In this document: in pieces, positions 42,078 through 59,237 of the stretch | How the letters are laid out: each line of letters opens with the position of its first letter | Position numbering within the stretch: the stretch's first letter is position 1 | Virus record (IMG/VR): IMGVR_UViG_3300027733_000001 | Strand: one strand, 5' to 3' | Source of the DNA: a virus | Length of the DNA: 64,000 bases | Notes under the pieces: generated by a model | Database searches by the model: none | Told to the model about the DNA's origin: nothing | What the model saw: only the letters and a program-made list of their open reading frames with translations | Program-made: the position numbers and the translations under genes

Positions 42078-43223
42078 CTAGACGTATAATGCCCTGTAGT
42101 TCAGTCCTACTCCAGTAGTCAATGGTCTGTTATGGTCCTCGTACCAGCCTGCCTTATTGAAAACATCCGAGAAGTCAGCAAAGGCTCTTTCAAACTTTGG
42201 ACGGACAGCATCCAGACTAAAGTTCTCTTGTGCAAACGTAATCATCTTTGATCTATCGATGATGTCGACCAGTCGCATAGCTCTTTGAATGTCTCCCATT
42301 GTATTACAGCGGAAACCGTTCATTCCATCTACAATATATTCTGTCATTGCTCCTACATCAGAGCAGATAGGTACGCATCCACTAAGCATCATCTCTACCG
42401 CAGTACCGCCGAACGGTTCCCAATAGGTAGACAATAAGAATCCAAACTTTGCCCTACTCATCAAATCTTTTCTTTTAGCTGTGTCTGCATACCCTAGGTA
42501 TTCTACATGATCAGGCCAGTCTTTCATGTGAATATCTTTAGGAGAACCCTGTCCGCAAACCTTCAGCTTAACACCCATACGGTTGCATGCATCGATGGCA
42601 ATATCCAATCCTTTATTTGTACCAATCCTGCCAATATACAATGCAAAATCATCACGCTCAGCTCTAGACTCAAAGTCGTTTAAATTAAAATAGTTCGGCA
42701 CAACCCTCCAGTACCATTGAGGATGACAGTAAGAAACACCGTTAGTTCCTACAAACGCTGCTCTCAAAGGATACGACTCATAGCATCTAAACTGAGCAAA
42801 CGCCCAGCCGCAACCGATACCAGGTTCAACAATAATAAGATCTCCCTCATTAGCTCCTTCTGCGGCAGCCTGGGTTCCTCCCCAGAAACATAAAACTAGA
42901 TCGCCTCTCTTCTTACGTTTTTTGATTTCCTGTGCAGCTCGAGCGTTAAACGTAACATGTGCATGATCGCTAGAGCTGTGTTTAAAGAAGTTCTTCTTCC
43001 AGTCATAGTCTCCATATGCTTCAGCGAGCACACTATTATCGGTTACGTCGACCTGTTCGTGAGCATCCGTAACAGATTCGTTATGTCCGTAATGGATAGT
43101 GTGGTACTCTTTCGAGTCCTTGAACATTGTCAGAAACTTACGAACTTTCTGAGTAAATGCACAGGCAACGTATTCTTCGTTGGTAATTGTATGAGGTAGG
43201 GCAAGACAGTGAATGTTAGTCAT
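42078..43223 (-). CDS. GT4-family glycosyltransferase
   Basis: LYIGRIGTNKG, EPFGGTAVEMMLSGCVPICSDVGAMTE and NGFRC motifs. Confidence 0.9.
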   Translation of the reverse strand: MTNIHCLALPHTITNEEYVACAFTQKVRKFLTMFKDSKEYHTIHYGHNESVTDAHEQVDVTDNSVLAEAYGDYDWKKNFFKHSSSDHAHVTFNARAAQEIKKRKKRGDLVLCFWGGTQAAAEGANEGDLIIVEPGIGCGWAFAQFRCYESYPLRAAFVGTNGVSYCHPQWYWRVVPNYFNLNDFESRAERDDFALYIGRIGTNKGLDIAIDACNRMGVKLKVCGQGSPKDIHMKDWPDHVEYLGYADTAKRKDLMSRAKFGFLLSTYWEPFGGTAVEMMLSGCVPICSDVGAMTEYIVDGMNGFRCNTMGDIQRAMRLVDIIDRSKMITFAQENFSLDAVRPKFERAFADFSDVFNKAGWYEDHNRPLTTGVGLNYRALYV

Positions 43224-43230
43224 AGAATGT

Positions 43231-43260
43231 ATCCTATAACTAACATTTAAAGTATTGCAA
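43231..43260 (-). promoter_or_regulatory. sigma70-like promoter
   Basis: TTGCAA-N18-TAGGAT. Confidence 0.5.
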
Positions 43261-43270
43261 CTATTTTATA

Positions 43271-50527
<7,257 letters not shown>

Positions 50528-50534
50528 AGTGAAT

Positions 50535-50563
50535 ATACTATAGCACCCTGTATGAATTTACAA
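50535..50563 (-). promoter_or_regulatory. sigma70-like promoter
   Basis: TTGTAA-N17-TAGTAT. Confidence 0.6.
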
Positions 50564-50582
50564 TATCATTCATTCTTGAATC

Positions 50583-50990
50583 CTACTTAAAGGAACCAAG
50601 TTTGGATTTAGCAAGAGCTGTATAATAATCACTTCTTTCGACTAGATGATCTTTAGCTATTTCTTTAGCAGTATCGTTGTCGTCGGTATGCTCATGCTCA
50701 TGCTCTACACCCTTACCGAGTTCATTCTTGTCGAATAGATTGTCAGGCTTGTTGTCGCCTTTACCGCCTTTTAGTTTTTCTGCAGCCTGCTTGATTGCTA
50801 GTACTCTAGCTATAAACGCAGCCTTCTTATCAGGCAAACCATCATGCTTTGTAGCTGCAAAATCATGAAGTTGTTTCTCGCTCATACTATTGGCAAGCTC
50901 TTTAGCTTTACCAGACATATGCCCATTGCCTCTTTTGGCGGCTAGAGCCATGCCAAATAATCGTTGCTGTGCTTCAGATTTAGCAGGCAT
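50583..50990 (-). CDS. DUF3008-like plus DUF5661-like fusion protein
   Basis: MPAKSEAQQRLFGMALAAKRG...MSEKQLHDFAATK and KGVEHEHEHTDD...KEIAKDHLVERSDYY, linked by KKAA/KQAA. Confidence 0.65.
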   Translation of the reverse strand: MPAKSEAQQRLFGMALAAKRGNGHMSGKAKELANSMSEKQLHDFAATKHDGLPDKKAAFIARVLAIKQAAEKLKGGKGDNKPDNLFDKNELGKGVEHEHEHTDDNDTAKEIAKDHLVERSDYYTALAKSKLGSFK

Positions 50991-51002
50991 GCTATTTAAT
51001 TG

Positions 51003-51506
51003 TTAAACCAATTTACCGGCATCGACCAACCGCTGCCTAAAAAGTTTTTTAACCATAGGATCGGCCAGATCTTTTGAAAGTCTTGTGCCCACTCCTAGTC
51101 CTGAGCCCAAACCTATACCGCCTCCTATGCCAGCACCTACAGCAGTACCTTTAAGCCCACCTGTAAGCATAGACATAAGTCTGCTCTTGTCTACAAGCTT
51201 TCCTGTCTCTGGATCAATTTCTTGTCCAGGGTTCATAAGACCATTAGCACCGCCAACAAGTCCTCCTAGTGCTCCTCCAGTAATTCCCCCTGTAGCTGCT
51301 CCCACCGCTCCCATTGCTCTAGTCGGTTTTTTTGCCATACCTGCCAGGAAATTTCTTATTGCCTTAGCCCCCGCAGGTAACGATGCGCTTGGAGGCAGAT
51401 TAACAGCTTCTTTTAAAATTCCCGCAGCCTCCTGTTCACTATAACCATATTCGCTAGCTTTCTTAACGAATCCATTGATGTATGCTTGTTCTTGTTGTGT
51501 TGTCAT
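51003..51506 (-). CDS. leader-family protein with Gly-zipper hairpin cargo
   Basis: Leader QAYINGFVKKASEYGYSEQEAAGILKEA. Confidence 0.7.
   Translation of the reverse strand: MTTQQEQAYINGFVKKASEYGYSEQEAAGILKEAVNLPPSASLPAGAKAIRNFLAGMAKKPTRAMGAVGAATGGITGGALGGLVGGANGLMNPGQEIDPETGKLVDKSRLMSMLTGGLKGTAVGAGIGGGIGLGSGLGVGTRLSKDLADPMVKKLFRQRLVDAGKLV
51435..51493. repeat. 59-bp exact duplicate of 60257-60315 (leader-coding)
   Basis: TTCACTATAACCATATTCGCTAGCTTTCTTAACGAATCCATTGATGTATGCTTGTTCTT at both sites. Confidence 0.92.
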
Positions 51507-51514
51507 ATAGGTAT

Positions 51515-51543
51515 ATTCTACGAAATTCTTTAATTCGATGCAA
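51515..51543 (-). promoter_or_regulatory. sigma70-like promoter
   Basis: TTGCAT-N17-TAGAAT. Confidence 0.65.
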
Positions 51544-51555
51544 AGAGTATTTAAA

Positions 51556-51999
51556 CTAAAGCTTTTTTGTTACTCTACGCTGACCATAGATATAGGCAAG
51601 CTTCTCTAGAACTCTAGGCGCGTCTTCGTTAATTTCTTTTTCCTCGAGACGAAGTACAACATAGCCTCCTTTGACTAGCTGTTTTGTTTTCTCACTATCT
51701 GTGTACTCTTTTTTAGTTCCGCTGTGCCAGTATGTGCCGTCAGCGAATATAGCTACATTAGGGTAGATAAAGATGTCTGCTATTGTCACTCCTAGCAATG
51801 GCTTCTGCGTTACAAACTCTATCCCCATAGCAGCTAGCATCTCCTGCAACTTAAGCTCTATACCAGTTTCTTTGCGATCACCACTCAAGTAGCCCTTGAT
51901 ACTCGCACACTTGGGGTTGCAGGTCTGCTTGTTGATTAACCGCTCAGTTTCCTTATTCCACAGCCTACCACATATACTGCACTCGTATCTAGGTTTCAC
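51556..51999 (-). CDS. DUF559/Vsr-like endonuclease with N-terminal Zn ribbon
   Basis: CSICG...CNPKC; TGIELKL...ADIFI...AIFADGTYWH...GYVVLRL. Confidence 0.8.
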   Translation of the reverse strand: MKPRYECSICGRLWNKETERLINKQTCNPKCASIKGYLSGDRKETGIELKLQEMLAAMGIEFVTQKPLLGVTIADIFIYPNVAIFADGTYWHSGTKKEYTDSEKTKQLVKGGYVVLRLEEKEINEDAPRVLEKLAYIYGQRRVTKKL

Positions 52000-52415
52000 T
52001 ACTGATAGTATCTGTCGTGTACAACCATTTTACGCTTGGGAGCGTTCTTTTTTCTAGGCTGCCTTTTGGGCGGAGTCTTTTTCATTTTTTCGTGATGCTC
52101 TTGCATTTCTTTGAACATCTCCCACTGCCACCAACTCAGCCAAAAAAATGTAATACTCATGCCGCAGTTCAATACAATCTCTGATGTAGCAGGAGTGCTC
52201 AGAGTAAGCACATTAGTAACTGCACCACATACAAGAACAGTCAAACCTGTTTTTGCAAGCCATGCTTTGATCTGGTTGTCCCATACTGAATTCTTTGGAT
52301 CACCAAATATATGTATCAATAGCCCTAGAGCCGAAAAGGCTGTGGTGCAGTTCGCAACTGCGTTGACGATTGCTGATGCAGTCATTTTATTATTTTCTAG
52401 TACGAGTCTTTCCAA
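51999..52415 (-). CDS. three-helix membrane protein with basic tail
   Basis: Three hydrophobic segments followed by a KKTPPKRQPRKK tail. Confidence 0.55.
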   Translation of the reverse strand: MERLVLENNKMTASAIVNAVANCTTAFSALGLLIHIFGDPKNSVWDNQIKAWLAKTGLTVLVCGAVTNVLTLSTPATSEIVLNCGMSITFFWLSWWQWEMFKEMQEHHEKMKKTPPKRQPRKKNAPKRKMVVHDRYYQ

Positions 52416-52954
52416 TCATCACCGAGGTCACTGTCTAGACGTGGACGACTAAACAGGTTGTTCTTGGTTACGTATTTTTGCAGATCTGAAGTATTGTGCT
52501 TTGTTTCTGCCTGTATCAGGTTCGAAAGTCTGTTCAGTGGTGCTTTGGGATCTTTGGCCACCAGCTCTTCAAATCTAGGAATGATTTTATCTTTCATGTA
52601 ATTGTTGAGAAGCTTGCGCTTATGTACCGCTCCTGAAATTCCGCCTGCAGCAAGACCTAACCCACCACCAATCAAAGCTCCCTTTAGGCTGTTAGCAACA
52701 GACTTATCCTCGCGCTCTTCTCCAGCATTTCCGCCAAGTAATCCCAGATATGCCCCACCTACCCCACCGACCGCCAATCTCTGCTTCATATCTGTCTGAA
52801 GCTTTTTATCTTTGAGCAGCTTCATCAAGTTTTTCTTTAATCCTTCAGGCATATCAACTGCGCTTTTAAGCAGCTCATTTGCCTCTGTGCAAGATAGACC
52901 ATATTCACTGGCCTTTTTAACAAACCCTTCAATATACGCTTGTTCTACATTCAT
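52397..52954 (-). CDS. leader-family protein with Gly-zipper hairpin cargo
   Basis: Leader QAYIEGFVKKASEYGLSCTEANELLKSA. Confidence 0.7.
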   Translation of the reverse strand: MNVEQAYIEGFVKKASEYGLSCTEANELLKSAVDMPEGLKKNLMKLLKDKKLQTDMKQRLAVGGVGGAYLGLLGGNAGEEREDKSVANSLKGALIGGGLGLAAGGISGAVHKRKLLNNYMKDKIIPRFEELVAKDPKAPLNRLSNLIQAETKHNTSDLQKYVTKNNLFSRPRLDSDLGDDWKDSY

Positions 52955-53322
52955 ACTGTTTTCTTTCTTTTAGGTCTTCTAGGTCTTCTGTTTTTAACTG
53001 TCGCAGTATTTGTTTCTGGATGGTCAGCTACTATGCTTGCTGGAAGTATTTTATTACTGAAATATTCTATACCTTTTAACCCTAGAAATCCAAGTAAAAA
53101 CGCTATGCCGTAGTGGTAGTGTGTATTGTCGAGCTTTGTCATGTTCACCACAATAGGGGTGATATAATTAGCGCTGGCTGCTCCACCTATAAGACTGCTT
53201 ACAGTCCTAGTCAGGTTCATCGCAGTGTTTTTTGAGGTGAGAAGTATAGCGCCGAACAACCCACTGATGAGCAGGCCTACGTCGATACCATATTCTTTTA
53301 AATCTATATTAGGTCTTTCCAT
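52951..53322 (-). CDS. holin-like membrane protein
   Basis: Three short TM helices (GLLISGLFGAILL, SLIGGAASANYITP, GIAFLLGFLG) and a highly basic C-tail. Confidence 0.55.
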   Translation of the reverse strand: MERPNIDLKEYGIDVGLLISGLFGAILLTSKNTAMNLTRTVSSLIGGAASANYITPIVVNMTKLDNTHYHYGIAFLLGFLGLKGIEYFSNKILPASIVADHPETNTATVKNRRPRRPKRKKTV

Positions 53323-53330
53323 ACTATATG

Positions 53331-54761
53331 CTAGGAATTGTGGCTTTTAATAATGTTGAGAAACTGGTTATTTAGCTTTTCTTTATCGTCAGCCAGCTGT
53401 TGTAGATACTCGTCAGTGCTTGTGCTCTTTTCTCTCATTATCTTCTGCAATAGAGAAGGCTTCACTGCCGATAGATATCGCTGCACCAATACCTTTCTCT
53501 TTTCAGGACTCAAGGCTTCGTGAGATTTATATCTAGCTGCTCTACCTATTACCTGTTTTAGTTTCTCGTTGTTGAAATGGGGCTCGAGCAGCTGCACAAG
53601 CCTTGTACCTTTAAGATCTAGCCCCTCTCCTCCTGCACTACTCACAATCAATGCACGAATCTTGTTATCGTTATAGTCTTTCACCAGCTGGTTTCTGAGG
53701 CTGTCTTTAATAGCTCCAGAGAACTCGCCATATGGAATCTTGTGTTCGTCCAATAGCTTTTTATATGGATTTACGCCGCTGTCGAGATAGTTGGAATATA
53801 TCAAGGCCTTGTACTCCTTGTCTTTCTCCATCTTGTTTTTGAGATACTCGAAAGCTTTTTCAATCTTGGGAGATACTGCTTTTGATGGATCTTTTTCGAA
53901 ACCGTGTGTTCCGTTACTGATCATTCTTGCGCCTGTAAGAAAGTGCACAAGCTTGTCTAGCTCTCTTTTTTCTGGAGCAAGACCCATCTCGACCTTTTTA
54001 CGAAGAACCCACGGAAGCTCTTTCATCATCGTTCCATAGATGGCTTTCTGCTTGTCGTGCATAGGAACATGCACAGTCTCTGTACTCATGCTAGGAAAGC
54101 CTTCGCTATTGCCTGCATGATAGTCTACATACTTGCCAAAAATACCCTTGAGCTCATCTTTGTTCTTAAGGCTTATATGCTCACCAGGACGAAGCCCCAT
54201 GATTCTGTTCATCAAGGTGTTTGGAACCTGTGTTCTTTTGATATAGCGCTCTTCGAAGTTTCTTCTGCTCTCTGGCATCAGTTTCTGTCCAGAGGCCATG
54301 TTTACAAGCTTGGCAATATCTCCAGGATGATTGTATATAGGAGTACCAGACAGTAACACGCGCTTTTCAGGATGAGCTTCAGACAGTGCTTTGTATAGCT
54401 TCGAGCCTTCGTTACGCATTCTGTGCGCTTCGTCTACCACAAGAAGCTTGCCCGCTAGATCGTCTCCCTCTAAGCCTTTTCTAGCTATTTCTTGCTGAGA
54501 ATGAATCTTCAGATTCTTTGGATCTTTGCCTATCCATTTTTTTAGCTCTTTGCGATAGTTCTCTTTTAGTGCTGCAGGGGCTACCACCTCTGCAGGCAAC
54601 CCTAGTGCCTTGTATGCCTCGATGCTGCTTCTAGTCTTACCGCTCCCAAGACCATGCATAAGAATCAGCCCCTCCTGATCCTCTTTCTTAAGCTTGTCCA
54701 CGATCCTCTGCTGATGAGGCATCAACCCTTCAGTGGGAGCAGTAACCTTTTTCTCTTTCAT
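53331..54761 (-). CDS. SF2 (SNF2-related, NPH-I/D6-like) helicase/ATPase
   Basis: HGLGSGKT, VVDEAH, LSGTP and SSAGGEGLDLKG...LEPHFN...QVIGRAARYKSH motifs. Confidence 0.88.
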   Translation of the reverse strand: MKEKKVTAPTEGLMPHQQRIVDKLKKEDQEGLILMHGLGSGKTRSSIEAYKALGLPAEVVAPAALKENYRKELKKWIGKDPKNLKIHSQQEIARKGLEGDDLAGKLLVVDEAHRMRNEGSKLYKALSEAHPEKRVLLSGTPIYNHPGDIAKLVNMASGQKLMPESRRNFEERYIKRTQVPNTLMNRIMGLRPGEHISLKNKDELKGIFGKYVDYHAGNSEGFPSMSTETVHVPMHDKQKAIYGTMMKELPWVLRKKVEMGLAPEKRELDKLVHFLTGARMISNGTHGFEKDPSKAVSPKIEKAFEYLKNKMEKDKEYKALIYSNYLDSGVNPYKKLLDEHKIPYGEFSGAIKDSLRNQLVKDYNDNKIRALIVSSAGGEGLDLKGTRLVQLLEPHFNNEKLKQVIGRAARYKSHEALSPEKRKVLVQRYLSAVKPSLLQKIMREKSTSTDEYLQQLADDKEKLNNQFLNIIKSHNS

Positions 54762-54763
54762 GG

Positions 54764-57700
54764 CTAGCCCTGTATAGGTTGTCCTATACTATTTTTCTTT
54801 TGCTTAGATTCGTTCATAACAGCATCTAACATATTACCAGAACCTGTGATTCTATGCGATATATACTTGTAGGCTCCAGGAATTCCTTCTGTAGCTATAT
54901 GAGAAAGCCCACTGACTACAGCCTCTGGAACTTTTTCAATAGGGGCGTTTCTCAGTGCCATTGTGAGGCTAGGATGCTCGTCCTCATGCATTGTCCAGTG
55001 ATCTCCGTGAGAATGAAGATGAAATAGATTGTTTGGATTTCTATATGAGGCAAACTCGTCTTGCCCTGCCTCAGGAATAGCTATAGCCACAGGCTCGAAA
55101 CCCAATTGCTCTAGATGCTCTTTAGGTAGTCTATGTTTTGGAATAGCTATACGTTTATGATATGTGCCAGCCATAACACCGTGCTCGCGCATTTTTTTAG
55201 CCCAATACTTGAAACGGCGTTTAAGTTTAGCTTCGTCTATAAGGTTTTGTTCTTCAGAAGATTTTGACATGTATCGTTTCATTGCCTCATCCGCGATTTC
55301 CTGCATGGGCTTGTATAATTTATCTATCTGTCCCGGATGAGTGACGGATGGATTTTCTACACTGTATGCAGGTGACCTTTTGGATGCGCTATTCCAGCCC
55401 ATATGTTTTCTGTAAATTCCAAACCCCGGTTTAGCGAAATTTTGTTTATAGTTATCAATCATATGCTCTGGCACAGCGCTTGCACGCATATGATTAATAG
55501 CGTTGTTATTTGCTATTCTTTCTAAAGCCAAGCTTTCAGAAGGAAATAAGTGAGGATTTTGAGTTATTTTTGTATGTAAAGGATGAGGGTCATCAAGATA
55601 ATGCATCGCGTGACCTGCACCCTCATGCATGATAGCATCAGACATTCTGTATTTCTTTTTTAAAATTTGTGTACCTCTTGACTGATTAACTAGTGATTCT
55701 GGAAGCCTTTTAGGAACATACACTACTTTATCTAAAGGATTGAAGCTTGGGGGCATATTCTCAATCTGTGAAGTTAAGTCAGAAATGTTATTAAATACTC
55801 CAGGGTGTTCTTTGCTTAATCTGTTAAAGATTTTTTTTGAATATTCTACAGGATCTTTCGTAACAGTGATTCCTCTTGCTCTAAGAGTGCGTATAATACT
55901 TTTTAAAGCACTTATAGTTGTCGCTTCTTTCTCTAACTCACTTTGCTTACCAAGATATTTGTCAGAATTTAATGCGTAAGAAGGATCGAGATTATGCTTT
56001 AATACTTCGAACTCATGTGAAGCTGCAAACGGAAGCATGCCCTGAGCATTCGCAGCAGGTAGATCAACCGATGAAGCTATCTGTTTAACAGCTGCAGATC
56101 TAGGCGCTCTAGGTCTTCCTACTCTAGACGCACTCATTCTACTTAGACTCGCGCTACTATCTTTACATCCTTTAGCTGCCTGCAGTATAAGCTCTCTTAT
56201 TCTTTCAGGTGTGGCTCCGGCTTCTTTCTTTAGTTTAGGCTTCTTTTTCTCTGTTTTAGGTCTGCAGCTGTCGTTGCTATATGGTTCTTTGCCAGGAACA
56301 GGCTCATAGCCTTCCCAGCATCTGCCTGAAGCTGTTTTATCGCCTAATAGTCTGTTATAGATATCGTTCAGTTTGTTTGAAATCTTATCATCTATAGGAC
56401 GAGGAGGATTGTGATTACGTCCACTGATGAACGTTTTGATATCTTCTGCAGTTTGATTTTTTAATGAGGAATTAATAAACTTTTCTCGAGCTATGTGTCC
56501 TTTTAGGAAACCTAGACCTCCACCTATTCCTGCCCCTACCAATGCTCTGTTCCTAGCAACTTCAAATCTATTATTAACATCGGTTTCTCCAGAGCTAGCA
56601 TCGGTTTTATCGCCTGGAAAAATCAACCCGGACAACCCGCCGACTGTAGCTCCAGCAATTGCGCCAATACCGCCTCTCAAACTACGAGCATGTCGGTTGT
56701 TAGCTCGAACTAGGCTTTTATACAGCAATTGCTCAGGTGTCATAGCAGTCTTTTCACTAGACTCCTTCTCAATAATAGGAGACTGTATAGCAGACTGCTC
56801 TTGCTTCCTTTTATGTAGATGATAAGCAAGTGCAGCTAGCCCTGTCACCCCTGCACCTATCCCTATTGCTTTACGATAAGGTTTGAGGTTTTGGAGAAGC
56901 GAAGTTTTTGGTGCGTTTACAGATTTATGCAGTTTTTTAGCTTCCTCAGTAAAACTGTAATAAGGTCTAATTGGATTAGGGTGTGGAGGAGCATCGACAT
57001 TAGCACCCATCTCTCTAAACCGGTTTTTAATGCCTGCTGTAATACTTTGTTTTACACTTTCGTCAACAGCATCATGAATATTTAAATGTTTTAATCTTCT
57101 AGCCACCCCTGAATCTGGTCCAAGCCGAACAGCTTCTTCAGCCAGTTCTTTTTTAAGTTTTTCAAGTATTTCATCAACATTTCTCCCGCTAGGGTTTAGT
57201 GCTCCTCTCAAAATAGCTTCATGTTTGTCTCGACCAAAAGCATTCACAATTTCTTCTGCAAGATTTTCAGGTAAATTAGGTTTAGGTTTAGTTGGGTCGT
57301 AAAAATATTTAATAGTGTGTTTTGTTCTTCCTGAACCAGGGACGGTTTCAAATATAGTACCATCATGAGTGCTGCTTTGAAAAAATGGAATATTTTCTCC
57401 TTTTGGTCCTTTAGCTGTATAATGTGCTCCTGGAGCATAGGAATCTGCTTGCGCTGATAAAGTGGAACTAAATTGTTTTGGTATATAATACTCATCATAA
57501 TCGATCGTCCGTAGAGGCCCTCTAAAATTCCAAGAAATGCGATCAAGATCGACAGCTTCCCCATTACTCAATCTAAACATATTAGGCGCCAGTGGCTCTT
57601 CAGCCTTCTTCTCAACAGGGTAACACAGATCCCCTTTGATCTCATAACCCTTTGGCACACTGTAACCCATATCCTTTAGAAACGAACCACTGAAAGCTTC

Positions 57701-58753
57701 ACCCTTGTCTACAGCTTTACTCACAGCCTTGGGTACCCCTGCATACTTCTCTATGTACGAGTACAGATCCAAAACCTCACTAGTTTTCTCTAAATTACTA
57801 TAATTTGTAACACTAAACCCCAGCTTACCCAATAACAGAGTATCATCATTATTAACATAGCTGTTGCCGTCCTTGTCCACTATCCCTGTGTATCTAGCTT
57901 CTTTCAAGCTTCCACGAACCTCACGATTACGCAGATTCATCCTATTATTCTTTTCAGCCTGAATGTTGACATTCCTCATGTTGTCTCTAGCCCACTGTAT
58001 AGCGTCTGGTACAACAGGAACTACAGTAGCTGCACCCTCTAGAACTGCACCAGGAATATCTTTGTTGAATGCTCTGTCGGCTATTCCAGCTATATGCGAA
58101 CCAAAATTAACTACGGGCAATTCTTTTTTAGCTATAGCTTTCAATCCTTCCAGATAGTTGCCATGAGCCATATCATACATAGCTCCGGCAGTATTGGCCA
58201 CCCTACCCATAGACTTTAGAGCAAACTGAGTGTTTGGTAGTGAAGGAGTCAATACATTGCTTGATGCTGGAGTCTGTTGATTAAGCTGTAATGGTTGATT
58301 TCCTCTAGTCTGAGAGTTTTGGGTAAAGTCTACTACACCTGCAGCCCCAGGCTGAGTAGGCGCCGCAGCTCTATTGGCTCCGGCACCTATCTCTCCTGTG
58401 GAATATGGAGTAACCCTATTGTCGTTACCTCCACCAGATATTGTTCCTCCCTGTCTAGTTCTAGCGTTGTTAGCTATGGGTGTACTAGCTGCATTGCTAG
58501 ACGCCTGCTGTTTTGGCTGAACTGGACTAGCTGGAACTATCTGTTTGTTTGCTGTAACTGGACCGTTGGTGAGAGGCTTGTTGTCTGGTGCCTCTACCGA
58601 ACCCAGCTGTTGCTGACTATTAGCTAGTGGCTTTTGCTGATTCTGTACAGCTGTTCCAGAAACCTTTAGTAGGATATCAGATAATTTTTCTTTTTTCTGA
58701 TGTGCTGAAGCCTTCTCTAGAAGTTTTTGGAGGTATTGTACAGGGTTATGCAT
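54764..58753 (-). CDS. 1329-aa mosaic polyprotein-like protein punctuated by K-x-A motifs
   Basis: Unrelated-looking segments separated by LKVS, EKKA, EKTA, DKTA, KKEA and EKEA. Includes a Gly zipper, a CWEGYEPVPGKEPYSNDSC module and an HEGAGH motif. Confidence 0.65.
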   Translation of the reverse strand: MHNPVQYLQKLLEKASAHQKKEKLSDILLKVSGTAVQNQQKPLANSQQQLGSVEAPDNKPLTNGPVTANKQIVPASPVQPKQQASSNAASTPIANNARTRQGGTISGGGNDNRVTPYSTGEIGAGANRAAAPTQPGAAGVVDFTQNSQTRGNQPLQLNQQTPASSNVLTPSLPNTQFALKSMGRVANTAGAMYDMAHGNYLEGLKAIAKKELPVVNFGSHIAGIADRAFNKDIPGAVLEGAATVVPVVPDAIQWARDNMRNVNIQAEKNNRMNLRNREVRGSLKEARYTGIVDKDGNSYVNNDDTLLLGKLGFSVTNYSNLEKTSEVLDLYSYIEKYAGVPKAVSKAVDKGEAFSGSFLKDMGYSVPKGYEIKGDLCYPVEKKAEEPLAPNMFRLSNGEAVDLDRISWNFRGPLRTIDYDEYYIPKQFSSTLSAQADSYAPGAHYTAKGPKGENIPFFQSSTHDGTIFETVPGSGRTKHTIKYFYDPTKPKPNLPENLAEEIVNAFGRDKHEAILRGALNPSGRNVDEILEKLKKELAEEAVRLGPDSGVARRLKHLNIHDAVDESVKQSITAGIKNRFREMGANVDAPPHPNPIRPYYSFTEEAKKLHKSVNAPKTSLLQNLKPYRKAIGIGAGVTGLAALAYHLHKRKQEQSAIQSPIIEKESSEKTAMTPEQLLYKSLVRANNRHARSLRGGIGAIAGATVGGLSGLIFPGDKTDASSGETDVNNRFEVARNRALVGAGIGGGLGFLKGHIAREKFINSSLKNQTAEDIKTFISGRNHNPPRPIDDKISNKLNDIYNRLLGDKTASGRCWEGYEPVPGKEPYSNDSCRPKTEKKKPKLKKEAGATPERIRELILQAAKGCKDSSASLSRMSASRVGRPRAPRSAAVKQIASSVDLPAANAQGMLPFAASHEFEVLKHNLDPSYALNSDKYLGKQSELEKEATTISALKSIIRTLRARGITVTKDPVEYSKKIFNRLSKEHPGVFNNISDLTSQIENMPPSFNPLDKVVYVPKRLPESLVNQSRGTQILKKKYRMSDAIMHEGAGHAMHYLDDPHPLHTKITQNPHLFPSESLALERIANNNAINHMRASAVPEHMIDNYKQNFAKPGFGIYRKHMGWNSASKRSPAYSVENPSVTHPGQIDKLYKPMQEIADEAMKRYMSKSSEEQNLIDEAKLKRRFKYWAKKMREHGVMAGTYHKRIAIPKHRLPKEHLEQLGFEPVAIAIPEAGQDEFASYRNPNNLFHLHSHGDHWTMHEDEHPSLTMALRNAPIEKVPEAVVSGLSHIATEGIPGAYKYISHRITGSGNMLDAVMNESKQKKNSIGQPIQG

Positions 58754-58792
58754 AAGTATAGTTAATAGTGTGCCAATTCAGCACACATTCAG

Positions 58793-59191
58793 TTATTCGC
58801 CATTCTTTACTTTGTCGATAGCTGCCTGCAACTTTTCGTTGTATCTATGTGCTCCATATCCGCCACCTGCATGAGCCGCTAGTTGACTAGCTGTTCTGCC
58901 GAGGGTAGGATTTTTAGTTAGCATACCCAGCACACTTCCACTCAGCATTCCGCCTGCAGCAGGAAGTGAGATATTCGCGAGTCTAGATGGTGCTTCACTA
59001 GGACTCATCATATCTCTTGCCCCATGATACAGTGGTAATCCTCCTCCAAATATAGCGTTCAAGGGCACATTAGCTTTTTGACCTTCCAGCTCTTTTAAGA
59101 GCATTGCTTTAGCCATGCTGCTATCTACTCCCTGTTCCGATGCTCTTTTAAAGAAACCTTCAACGAAAGCATTTTCTTGTTCTTCTGTCAT
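58793..59191 (-). CDS. leader-family protein, Gly/Ala helical cargo
   Basis: Leader NAFVEGFFKRASEQGVDSSMAKAMLLKE. Confidence 0.65.
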   Translation of the reverse strand: MTEEQENAFVEGFFKRASEQGVDSSMAKAMLLKELEGQKANVPLNAIFGGGLPLYHGARDMMSPSEAPSRLANISLPAAGGMLSGSVLGMLTKNPTLGRTASQLAAHAGGGYGAHRYNEKLQAAIDKVKNGE

Positions 59192-59237
59192 ATGTTGTTT
59201 TTTGTTTGTTTTTGTTTACTGCGAGATTTAGCCGGCA

